Shown one piece after another: positions 15,979 through 24,716 of a stretch of 33,913 nucleotides of DNA. The notes beneath the pieces are model-generated. The model did no database searches. It was not told where the DNA came from and worked only from the letters and a program-made list of their open reading frames with translations. Within the stretch, counting starts at the first letter, position 1, and each line of letters begins with the position of its first letter. The position numbers and the translations under genes are program-made. The stretch is from a virus. Its lineage: Duplodnaviria > Caudoviricetes. The stretch is taken from positions 1 to 33,913 of the IMG/VR virus record IMGVR_UViG_3300020045_002634; one strand, written 5' to 3'.

Positions 15979-17225
15979 TTAGCTTCCTTTTTATCAAATA
16001 GTATAAATGCTTTTTCACCCTCTTGCGTGCTATCTGTAACTCTTGATAAATCAAACATCATACCCTCAAAGCCTTTTTTCTTAACTAAGGTATTCATTTT
16101 TTCTGCTACTTCCTCATAGTCAAGGCCAGTATTCGCACCAATATCATCTTTTAAGAACTCATAGGTATAGCCTATATTCTTATCAGGCATATACTCAATT
16201 CCTCTTTCACCTCTAAATAATCTTACAAACTCCTTATACTCTTTATCTGTCATAGTGGATGTAGCATCATAAATATTTTCATTTTTTATTTCTACTTCCT
16301 CTACCTTGCTACCGTATTTTTTTGCCGTATCAGGGTTTGGTGTTAAATATAGTCCTTTACCTACAAGAGCCTCACCTCCTCCTGCTCCAGTTTCGCTAGT
16401 GCCTCTATATAGTTTAATAGCCTCTTTTGTATTAGGTTTAATGTCTATGTAGTTATCAGGCACACCGCCACCAGCTACTTGCGCCATAGCTTGTTCACCT
16501 TCTTTGTTCAGGTAGTCGATACCTTTGCCGATAGCCTTACCAGCTACCTCGATACCTTTACCTAGTCCTGCACCAACTCCTGCACCGATAGCACCAGAGA
16601 TAGCTACATCTGCACCGCTTACGCCTTCACGTAGCCCTGCATCAGTTTGTATCATCTCTCTAGCTGTTGTATCGCCTGCTGAATAGATAGCGCCCTCGGT
16701 AGCACCGATAGCTAGTCCGCTCGTGAGATAGTTTCTAATAGAGTTATGAAGTCTATTCTTTAGTCCTTCTTTGGCTAGTTGCTGTGCGCCTTTCTTGACA
16801 GCGAACCCAGCACCAAGCGTAGATATTCCTAAATAAGTAGTAGGGTCAAGTGCTAACTCTTTTACTGCTCTACCAAACCCGTCTAATGTAATATCTTTTT
16901 TATCGTATGTGTCCATTAGATAAGCGAATGATATTTGTGTTTCTTGGTCTGCGTTTTCTACTGCTAAAACGTCAGGTATCATACCCATAGCCACGTTGTA
17001 GTTGAACTCACTCATTTGGTCGATACCGTACTTAGCCAATGCTCTGTAATCACCTTGGAACTTTTCACCGTTATTATTCATCTGATAGACTTTGCCTGAT
17101 GCTTCAATCCAGTCAAGATTAGTAGCTAAATCTTCTTCACGATATGTAGCACCTTGGTCTTGCATAGCTTTTAGCATAGACTCTGAACCACTGCTTTCTT
17201 CTCGATTATATTCTAACTCATTCAT
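15975..17225 (-). CDS. Internal virion protein with a C-terminal ADP-ribosyltransferase-like (ART-PolyVal-like) domain
   Basis: DPTTYLG plus Gly/Ala-rich hydrophobic segments, then LYRGT...GKGLYLT....AKKYG...GFEG...E...ILFD. Confidence 0.7.
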   Translation of the reverse strand: MNELEYNREESSGSESMLKAMQDQGATYREEDLATNLDWIEASGKVYQMNNNGEKFQGDYRALAKYGIDQMSEFNYNVAMGMIPDVLAVENADQETQISFAYLMDTYDKKDITLDGFGRAVKELALDPTTYLGISTLGAGFAVKKGAQQLAKEGLKNRLHNSIRNYLTSGLAIGATEGAIYSAGDTTAREMIQTDAGLREGVSGADVAISGAIGAGVGAGLGKGIEVAGKAIGKGIDYLNKEGEQAMAQVAGGGVPDNYIDIKPNTKEAIKLYRGTSETGAGGGEALVGKGLYLTPNPDTAKKYGSKVEEVEIKNENIYDATSTMTDKEYKEFVRLFRGERGIEYMPDKNIGYTYEFLKDDIGANTGLDYEEVAEKMNTLVKKKGFEGMMFDLSRVTDSTQEGEKAFILFDKKEAK

Positions 17226-18847
17226 CTTTGCCCTTTAGGTAGATAATTTGATGGTTTAGCTGGTGCTTGTGGTGGAGGCGTTGAGCCGATACCGACTTTA
17301 GATTTTAGCTTACCGAATGTAGAGTTTTTAGACTTGTTATAAATCTTAACCTTATCTTCGTATTCTTTAAACGATCTGTCATACTTTGTGGAGTCGGTCT
17401 TATCTTTATTCTTAACTAGGTATGTATCAACTTTTTGTTGCATAGCATCAGGCACATCGAATACATTTATCTTCCCTGCTTCGACTTCTTCTCTTAGTTG
17501 GTTCTTCATAGTAAGACGTAACCGCTTTAGCTCAGTAGCATCATCAAGCGGTATATTTGCCACGATATAATCATCAGCTACCTTCCAAGGATCACCTCCC
17601 ATATTCTGCTTAAAGCCTTTCATCGCATTAGCCATCTCTTTATCGGAAGCAACTCTGCGCTGGTGTGAGATTGCTTTGCTGATTAATGCTTGTTTAGTCT
17701 TAGCTGTGAGTCTATTATCGTATGCAATTACTCTAGGATTAACATTCTCAATAGCTAGTTCATAATCCATAACTACGCTCTCATTATCAGTTAATGACCC
17801 AGCACTCATATCGTTCTTTAGCTCTTTAAGGTTCTTGTACTCCTCAGGCCTTAGCTTATTTTCTCTAAGCATATCGTCAAGCTGTGTGTCTGTTGGAGGA
17901 TTACCTAGCATAATGTCAGATGATACGTCTAGTGCTTTTTTCTTGCTTACTTTTTCAACTAGCGTAGCATTAGCATCAAACGCCTCAGCAGTTGATTTGA
18001 ACTTACCATCAATATGCTCATACATTTTCTTATTAATGGCGGTGCGCTTGTCCATGGGTAAAGCTTTATACTCAGGAGTGCTCTGAAACTTTTGTACAAA
18101 GTCAACTTCATTACGCTCTAGGCTTTCGTCTAATCGCATAAGCGTAGTAGTCTCTTGTGCCTTTTCTTGCATCTTCTTAATCTCTAGCGGTATCATACTC
18201 TTGTGCATAAGGCCATGATCTACTTGTAGTGTTATTAGTGATGTGATTTTAGCTAAAGAGTTTGTAGCACTAACTGCGTCACCGTTAGCAATGAATGAGG
18301 CGTATGATATAGCTTCTTCATCTTTGTAAGCCTCAATAGCTTTGTTCTCATTCTCACGGTTTAACTTAAACGCTTCCTTAGCAATATTAGCACCGTATGT
18401 ACCTTGCAAGGTCATAGCCTTCTGCTTTAGTATCGCTTGAAACTCAGGCTCAGTCTGTCCCTTTAATGCTTCTTTAGTATATGCACCGAAAGCATTATTA
18501 AAGCCGTTAGGGTCATTAGTAAACTTTGCAGCATATTGTTCAGCGGTAGTCTTTAAATCGCTTTCAACTTGTACGTTATAAGCAGCCTTAGAAATATCAT
18601 TATAAGCCTTAGCATAGAACGTATGCCCCTTTTCAATCTTTAATGGGTCGCCACTCATCATATCGCTAATAGCGTTCTTCTGTCCTTCGTCTGCTACTTC
18701 AATTTGTGCTTGTTTGTATGCTATGCCATTCCATTCTTCTAGTCTTTGCCCTAGTGATTGAAACATTTGTGCTGATGCTTTAGCAGCCGTAGGGTCTACT
18801 TGCTGAAACGGTGTTGCTCCACCTTGGTATCTTTGTAATTCTGTCAT
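17222..18847 (-). CDS. Internal virion protein (T7 gp15-like position)
   Basis: MTELQRYQ N-terminus, helical composition, synteny. Confidence 0.75.
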   Translation of the reverse strand: MTELQRYQGGATPFQQVDPTAAKASAQMFQSLGQRLEEWNGIAYKQAQIEVADEGQKNAISDMMSGDPLKIEKGHTFYAKAYNDISKAAYNVQVESDLKTTAEQYAAKFTNDPNGFNNAFGAYTKEALKGQTEPEFQAILKQKAMTLQGTYGANIAKEAFKLNRENENKAIEAYKDEEAISYASFIANGDAVSATNSLAKITSLITLQVDHGLMHKSMIPLEIKKMQEKAQETTTLMRLDESLERNEVDFVQKFQSTPEYKALPMDKRTAINKKMYEHIDGKFKSTAEAFDANATLVEKVSKKKALDVSSDIMLGNPPTDTQLDDMLRENKLRPEEYKNLKELKNDMSAGSLTDNESVVMDYELAIENVNPRVIAYDNRLTAKTKQALISKAISHQRRVASDKEMANAMKGFKQNMGGDPWKVADDYIVANIPLDDATELKRLRLTMKNQLREEVEAGKINVFDVPDAMQQKVDTYLVKNKDKTDSTKYDRSFKEYEDKVKIYNKSKNSTFGKLKSKVGIGSTPPPQAPAKPSNYLPKGQR

Positions 18848-18848
18848 G

Positions 18849-19268
18849 TTAATCTACTTTTGTTGTAGTTGGTTTTCCTAGCATAGAGTATTTATACTTT
18901 GCTTCACCTAATGTACTGCCAGCATTCAGCATTCCCATAGTCATAGCTGTATTCCCTGCTGACTTGTATTGCTGTGCTTGTGACTCTGCACCTGCTCTAA
19001 TCATTCGTACGTCACTCTCATAACGCTTTTTGTCCCCACCAATTACAGAGCCGATACTTTCCAGTGTGCGACCTGATGATCCCATCATAGCGTTCTGTAC
19101 TGCCATTGCTTCATTTAAAGCTCTTGTGCGATCTGTTACGTTTGCCTCTGCTGCCATCTTAGCTTGTTCAGCTTGTTGGTTGTATGCCTTCTTCTGTTGC
19201 ATACCTGACATCAAAGACGTTCCAGCTCCCATAACTGCCGTTGCTATTAGTGCTTCTGCTACTCCCAT
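18849..19268 (-). CDS. Small internal virion protein (T7 gp14-like position)
   Basis: Hydrophobic N-terminus, Q/A-rich, SSG motif, directly after tail tubular B. Confidence 0.75.
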   Translation of the reverse strand: MGVAEALIATAVMGAGTSLMSGMQQKKAYNQQAEQAKMAAEANVTDRTRALNEAMAVQNAMMGSSGRTLESIGSVIGGDKKRYESDVRMIRAGAESQAQQYKSAGNTAMTMGMLNAGSTLGEAKYKYSMLGKPTTTKVD

Positions 19269-19269
19269 A

Positions 19270-20949
19270 CTATGCCTCCGTTTCTGATTCTATCTGCAAT
19301 AAATGCAGAGGTAATGGGTCTGTTTGCGTGACCGTAACGCTATTAATCTCTGAAAACCCTAAGTGTGATATTTCTAACACCCCCGTATATGGGTCAGGAT
19401 TACTATTGAATTGTATTGGGAATCTACGACCTTGTAGCAATGCTCCCTCTACGATTGCACCTTTAGTATTATACACTCTTAGCTTAGTCTTTAGTACACG
19501 TTTTTTACTGTTTACTGTCATGCCTTCACGGTCTTGAAAGTTAATCGGCATAGTCGTAATCGTCACGGTAAAGCCTAGCCCTACCTCACAATAGTTGGCT
19601 GGTCTGTCTAGTGTGATAACGCCTGAGCCGTTTGGTGTCTTATCAAGCTGTACTGCTCCATCTGATACTACCTTATGGACTTTGAGTTTCATAGGTGATT
19701 CTTCTAGTGTTTCTACTGTTGTAAATGCAGTACCAGTCTTGACCGTGTTATGGTCTGTGTACGTTGCAGTATTAAGTTTCTCTATGTAATATGTACCATC
19801 ACGCATAACTAGAAAGTAAACATCATCACCTACTACGGCACAGTCTTTAAATAGCCCTTGTGTAGTCCAATGAGTCCAGCCTAGAATATCTTCACTTCGC
19901 ATGGTGTTAAGCACAAGACAATCACCATTAGCATCAATCATATAAACAAAGTCACTAATATTATCAAGCGTACCTTTTTGAACGTCCACGGTTTTAATAT
20001 CTGTTACAAGATGCTCAGACATAAGCAAAGCATTAACAGATACGAAAGCATCCTCGTTGAAGTTGTAAAGGAATTGGCGCAATGCTCTACCGTTACGAGA
20101 TACGTATAGCGTAGAACCATCAACACTCACAGGTCTTATTCTCTTAGCTCCGTAGTTAGTCTGCATCAGCCAAGATGAATCAGCTGGTGTTATGACTTTA
20201 GACGGATTATAGAACTCCCCACCGCTAGTAAAGATTTGTAGGTTGCGTCCTGAGTATATGCCTTGAATAGCATTATATTGGTCAGTATCAAGAGTATCAA
20301 ATAGCGCTTCATCTGCTAGTCCAGTCCCCATATTAAAGTTAAAGAAGTCATTGACTACGCTACCCCATGCAGTAGTTATACGTGACTTACTGCCACCGAA
20401 CCATAGACGCCCTCCATGAAAGGTAATAGTACGAGGCCATCCACGTGTTACGCTCCATACTGCTTCTGCTGCACCGCCACTAAAGCTATAAGTGGGAATG
20501 TTTGTGAGTGTGATAGCTGATAGTGTCCAGCTTGCATCAGTAGCACCACGCACCAGCTTTTGTGGCTGTACGTCCTCTTGTACGAATATCATTGTATCCG
20601 CTGACTGAACCATATCGAAGCTGTCTATCATTGCAACGGTAGTGAATGGACTTGTAACTGTTGCTACTTGCGTACCATCTTTATAGATATGGATTAAATC
20701 GGCAGCCACTATAATTAAGTAACGCTGTGTAATTGAGAACTCAAATGACTCTAAACGGCAATACTTGTTTATGTAGCTACCAGTGACACGTGACATACCA
20801 GGTCTGCGTTTCAATCCACCATGAGGCATAATAACTACATTCTCAGCAACAGAACATGACTTATAATACTTCTCTAGTTCTGTACGTCCTGCAAGTGTTT
20901 CGCTAATCTCACCACCAGTGAAGTTAGTCTGTAATACTTTAGTTCTCAT
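19270..20949 (-). CDS. Tail tubular protein B (nozzle, T7 gp12 / P22 gp10-like)
   Basis: Start re-called to MRTKVLQTNFTGGEIS (GGTGG SD); HGGLKRRPG, QSADTM, GWP...F..GRLWFGG, GW.HW.T.G. Confidence 0.9.
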   Translation of the reverse strand: MRTKVLQTNFTGGEISETLAGRTELEKYYKSCSVAENVVIMPHGGLKRRPGMSRVTGSYINKYCRLESFEFSITQRYLIIVAADLIHIYKDGTQVATVTSPFTTVAMIDSFDMVQSADTMIFVQEDVQPQKLVRGATDASWTLSAITLTNIPTYSFSGGAAEAVWSVTRGWPRTITFHGGRLWFGGSKSRITTAWGSVVNDFFNFNMGTGLADEALFDTLDTDQYNAIQGIYSGRNLQIFTSGGEFYNPSKVITPADSSWLMQTNYGAKRIRPVSVDGSTLYVSRNGRALRQFLYNFNEDAFVSVNALLMSEHLVTDIKTVDVQKGTLDNISDFVYMIDANGDCLVLNTMRSEDILGWTHWTTQGLFKDCAVVGDDVYFLVMRDGTYYIEKLNTATYTDHNTVKTGTAFTTVETLEESPMKLKVHKVVSDGAVQLDKTPNGSGVITLDRPANYCEVGLGFTVTITTMPINFQDREGMTVNSKKRVLKTKLRVYNTKGAIVEGALLQGRRFPIQFNSNPDPYTGVLEISHLGFSEINSVTVTQTDPLPLHLLQIESETEA

Positions 20950-20950
20950 A

Positions 20951-21505
20951 TTACCACCGAATCGAAGTAAATGGACTGTCAAATATTCCAGCATTAGGTC
21001 TGATAGTAGAATCAATATTCTTAGCTGATCGTAACTGCTGTGTGAATAGCTGTTGCATCTCACCTAGTCTTGAACTGTTGCCCGTAACCGGTATAGCGAA
21101 CTGCATCGCCAGGTAAAACTCCATAGTCTTAGCAAACCATAACGGCAATTTGCTTTCATCTACACGATACACGTAGTCTAAGTCAATACTTGAACTGTTT
21201 GAGAAGATACGATCATCATAAATCTCATAATCTCCTACGGGATACACCGTAATGACTGCGATACAGTCTGTAGGTATTTGATATTGGTACTGATATTGAT
21301 TTAATGGAGTATCAGAGAACTTAGATAGTGGTGACTTCTTAGAAGCAAAACGCCATCGGTGCATAGATAGTATGTTTTGATAGCTTGACTCGTATAGATT
21401 TGAAGCTGTTGTAGCTCCTGCTCCCGGGTCATCAAAAGAAGATATGGGAGCATCCCCTAGTAAGATGAGGGCATTTGAGCAGATTGATACTTTGGAAGTG
21501 GCCAT
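20951..21505 (-). CDS. Tail tubular protein A (adaptor, T7 gp11-like)
   Basis: ICSNALILLG..PISSF, H.WRFA, YQ.P.DC motifs. Confidence 0.9.
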   Translation of the reverse strand: MATSKVSICSNALILLGDAPISSFDDPGAGATTASNLYESSYQNILSMHRWRFASKKSPLSKFSDTPLNQYQYQYQIPTDCIAVITVYPVGDYEIYDDRIFSNSSSIDLDYVYRVDESKLPLWFAKTMEFYLAMQFAIPVTGNSSRLGEMQQLFTQQLRSAKNIDSTIRPNAGIFDSPFTSIRW

Positions 21506-21549
21506 TTAGTCCCCTTGATTATATTAACGATATTTTAACACAACCAATG

Positions 21550-21568
21550 GGATAGGGGATACCTATCC
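21550..21568 (-). terminator. Hairpin after the capsid genes (partial terminator)
   Basis: ggatagg-N5-cctatcc; weak U tract. Confidence 0.5.
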
Positions 21569-21574
21569 TATGAA

Positions 21575-21823
21575 TTACGCTAGTGCGATTGTAATAGTTG
21601 TAACAGTCGCAGCATCAGAAGCAGAAGTAACCGCAGCTACCAACGCACCATCAGAACAACGACACATAATAAAGTCACCCAAGTTTAGAACATTGGTTGC
21701 TGTATTGAAATAGCCACTTGCAAGAGTAGCAGCCTTGTTATCCGGTGAAAGATAACTGAATACGCCAGGAGCATCAGAACCGCCACCAGCTACTTTTTGT
21801 AAATTATCACGTGTAAAAGCCAT
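21575..21823 (-). CDS. Small virion protein after the MCP (possible decoration protein)
   Basis: Y...D......SGYFN.A...L..GD.I pattern; AAGGA SD; synteny. Confidence 0.75.
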   Translation of the reverse strand: MAFTRDNLQKVAGGGSDAPGVFSYLSPDNKAATLASGYFNTATNVLNLGDFIMCRCSDGALVAAVTSASDAATVTTITIALA

Positions 21824-21850
21824 AGTGTTTCCTTTATGTTAGAGAGTAGC

Positions 21851-22702
21851 TTACGCTACCTCTGTAGATTGTACCTTAACGATACCATTGACGTCACGTG
21901 CGATAGCGCCTGACTTCATTTGACCAGCAGACAACCAAGACTTCTTCTGAGCAATCCAGTCAATCTTAGTGCTAATGTCCATGCCTACTGCAAGACCTAG
22001 TGCATCCTTGTGAAATGCAAAACCATCACGAACTAAACCGCCAGAAATTGGAAGACCGCCCTCTGCACGAGTTTCGATTACTTCAAACTTGAACCCTACG
22101 AAAGTATCAAGCTCACCGTTAACCAAAGCTTTAACGCTGTTGTAATCAGTAGAAGTTACTGGAGTTTGTCCAAGTAGTCCTTCAAGACCAGCAGCAGAGA
22201 TAAGCATAACACGGCCATCCATAGGTACGCCTTGGTCATCTAAGTAACGCTTAGCTTTACGAATTTTATCCATATTCATACCAGTACCAGCACCACCAAC
22301 GTCAGTACCAACAGTACCAGCGTATGAACCAGCGTTAATACAAGCATCAATAATCAATTGGTCAAGACGACGGCCAAGAGCGCTAGAGATAGTAGAAGCA
22401 AGTTCATTTACCTCATCAAAGTTTACTTCTTTTTGATCGAAGATGTCTGAATATTCATCAGCATCCCAGTTAGTCAAAGTACAAGTAATCAAACTGTGTG
22501 CGATATCCATTGGGATAGTATCAGAAGATGGAGCTGTACGCTGTGTAGCAAGTCCTTTACCCATAGCACGGAATTTGTAAGTATCACCTACAATGTTATT
22601 ACGAATGGTTACGTAATTACGAAGCTTACCAGATGTTTGGAAAGCGTGTTTTACCATGTCATCAAACTGAGTTGATGCAACTGCTGAGAGATTTTTACTC
22701 AT
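21851..22702 (-). CDS. Major capsid protein
   Basis: F...VK.AFQ...LR, ALGRR.DQ.II.A, S.DY..VKAL..GE..TF.GF.F; AAGGA SD; biased codon use. Confidence 0.92.
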   Translation of the reverse strand: MSKNLSAVASTQFDDMVKHAFQTSGKLRNYVTIRNNIVGDTYKFRAMGKGLATQRTAPSSDTIPMDIAHSLITCTLTNWDADEYSDIFDQKEVNFDEVNELASTISSALGRRLDQLIIDACINAGSYAGTVGTDVGGAGTGMNMDKIRKAKRYLDDQGVPMDGRVMLISAAGLEGLLGQTPVTSTDYNSVKALVNGELDTFVGFKFEVIETRAEGGLPISGGLVRDGFAFHKDALGLAVGMDISTKIDWIAQKKSWLSAGQMKSGAIARDVNGIVKVQSTEVA

Positions 22703-22741
22703 TGTAGGTCCTTATTTTTATTTAACTTTTGTGTTATATAT

Positions 22742-22811
22742 ACGGGTACTTTTCAGGCCGTTTCTCCGACACCATAATCTGATAGGGCCTTGCGGGTATC
22801 TTTCAGACTTA
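22742..22811 (-). promoter_or_regulatory. Structured 5' leader of the capsid gene (two GNRA-capped hairpins)
   Basis: Minus-strand tctgaaagatacccGCAAggccctatcaga and acggcctGAAAagtacccgt. Confidence 0.6.
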
Positions 22812-22859
22812 TAGAACTCGTAATAAAATCATATCACATAATATAAAGTGACGTGTACG

Positions 22860-23645
22860 CTACGACTTTAGGTAATGGCTAGGCAATAGAATACCAAGCA
22901 ATACACCAGTAGCATATACTGATGTAGTGTAAGCAGTACCAGCTAAGTAAATGTCTGAACGAGAAGGAACTGCCACATAAGGTACATTCTGCGTTTTATG
23001 GCTACGATAGACTGGTACATGCATACCATTCTGATAAACCTTAGACTCAGGATTAGAGAAATAGCCCGAGATAGTGAGTGTATCATTACCAGGAGTACCA
23101 CCACCAAACTCAGTAATCAAAGCTACGTAATTATCAGGCACAGTATAGAAGGCACAGTGGCTGTTCTGATCTAGTGCGCTGAACATATTAAGCGTGTTTC
23201 CAATTACTGGAACTCCTAGCGTAGGTGTTGCTTCTGTTCCTACATATACTTCACCGACTGTTGCAGTAGTACCTACATTAACCATCTTAGATACTCTGCG
23301 TACTTGTATAGGTAAAGCTACAGCAGTTTGACCGTTAAGTGTTGCGCCAATATCTACCATGTTCCAATTAGAATCTATACATGATAGCCTAACCACCATA
23401 CCTACGTCAGCCGTACTAGATGAAGATACGTAACAAGATACTGGATTGAGTGGGAATACCCCAGTTGTATCTATCGTACCACCATAAGGCCATAGTAATT
23501 CGGTAGTACCATTAGTAATGCTTAAATTATGCCCTACAATGAAGATATTGTGAGCATCAGGTATCTGCCCTAATGACACATTAGCCATTAGGTTAGTTAC
23601 AGCATCTCCGCTAAACGTGTCTAATCGTGCATCAGGTAGTAACAT
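22860..23645 (-). CDS. Beta-rich putative virion protein between scaffold and MCP
   Basis: G.N..I...TE.LW..GG, VSSSS..D, TLNGQT.V, YTVP motifs recurrent in phage structural proteins. Confidence 0.7.
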   Translation of the reverse strand: MLLPDARLDTFSGDAVTNLMANVSLGQIPDAHNIFIVGHNLSITNGTTELLWPYGGTIDTTGVFPLNPVSCYVSSSSTADVGMVVRLSCIDSNWNMVDIGATLNGQTAVALPIQVRRVSKMVNVGTTATVGEVYVGTEATPTLGVPVIGNTLNMFSALDQNSHCAFYTVPDNYVALITEFGGGTPGNDTLTISGYFSNPESKVYQNGMHVPVYRSHKTQNVPYVAVPSRSDIYLAGTAYTTSVYATGVLLGILLPSHYLKS

Positions 23646-23647
23646 GG

Positions 23648-24409
23648 TCAGCTACCGTAAAATTCTTGGTAAGCTTTATCTACCATCTTTTTATACTCAG
23701 GGTCGATACTAGACTTTAACTGTCCGTTATCGTTCTTAGCAAACATCATCTCACGTAGCTTATTTCTATCTAGTTTATTAGATGATGCCATACCATCAGG
23801 TGCTACGGCTGAACCTTGCATCTTCTTCATAATAGTTTCAACTACTTCAATCCCGGCAGCGGATGTTACCATGCCGTTAAACGTATCTTGTAAGTGTGAA
23901 GGCAATGCAGACGTAGCAAACTCTTTAATCGCATTAATACGATAGTCAGCGTTTGTGCCAAGTAGTTCTAGCTCTTTAGCTCTGCGCCCTTCTTCTTGTG
24001 CTTCTTGTGCTTGAACGTATGATGAAATTAACTCGTTAGCTACTTCATTAGAGGCGTTGCTCTTACCTAATACATCAAGTACCGCTTTGATAGACGGGTC
24101 ATCTGACGCTAGGCCTAGTTCTTCATTAAGCTGATATCCTTCTTTAGGCGCACCTACAAAGCCACCAAGACGTTTCTCTAACTCAGTGTATGCCTTAGCT
24201 TGTTCTGATACGCTCTTATATTTAGAGTCCTTGAACCATTCAGGCTTTTCACCAGTACCAGTAATATCATCTCCCCACATCCATGATGCTGGAGCTTCTA
24301 CTGTCTCTGTAGTAGTTTCTACTGCCTGAGTATCAAAGACTTGTGGAGCTTCACCTATAGAAGGTGTGCTAGTTTCTGCTGTTTGGGCGCTTGTATCGGT
24401 ATCCAACAT
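23648..24409 (-). CDS. Capsid scaffolding protein
   Basis: Acidic N-terminus, KPEW...KY.S..EQAKAY.ELEK..G..GAP..Y, terminal DP.Y...V...Y...YG. Confidence 0.85.
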   Translation of the reverse strand: MLDTDTSAQTAETSTPSIGEAPQVFDTQAVETTTETVEAPASWMWGDDITGTGEKPEWFKDSKYKSVSEQAKAYTELEKRLGGFVGAPKEGYQLNEELGLASDDPSIKAVLDVLGKSNASNEVANELISSYVQAQEAQEEGRRAKELELLGTNADYRINAIKEFATSALPSHLQDTFNGMVTSAAGIEVVETIMKKMQGSAVAPDGMASSNKLDRNKLREMMFAKNDNGQLKSSIDPEYKKMVDKAYQEFYGS

Positions 24410-24410
24410 A

Positions 24411-24716
24411 TTATTTCCTTAGTAGTTTTTTAAGATATGCAAACACACCACTTTCTGTTGATTGTGGGTTCTTAGCATATTCGATCTGTATTAGAATCTG
24501 ACGAATTAAATCTGCCCTGCCTTCTCTTACACCTTGTGCGAAGTTGTCCTCGCCTGGTCTTACAATAGGCTTAGTGAGGAACTTATTTACTAAGTCCTCT
24601 AACACCCTTTGCCCTGCGTCTGTGCCGAAGCATGAGAAATACATCGTTGCTATCTCTGATGCTTGGCGTACTTCATTATCACGATCTGTAATAGCTTCTA
24701 GGCTTTCCCAACTCAC
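24411..24716 (-). CDS. Bbp19-like protein
   Basis: F.T.AG.RVL.DL...REGR pattern between portal and scaffold. Confidence 0.75.
   Translation of the reverse strand: MSWESLEAITDRDNEVRQASEIATMYFSCFGTDAGQRVLEDLVNKFLTKPIVRPGEDNFAQGVREGRADLIRQILIQIEYAKNPQSTESGVFAYLKKLLRK

Noticed and set aside
20950-21063. 38-codon N-terminal extension of tail tubular B in the ORF track
   Set aside because: It overlaps tail tubular A. The SD and the family-typical start are at 20949.
21824-21853. T7 gp10B-like frameshift or read-through extension of the MCP
   Set aside because: The TAA is followed by another in-frame stop after three codons, there is no slippery heptamer, and the next gene has its own SD.
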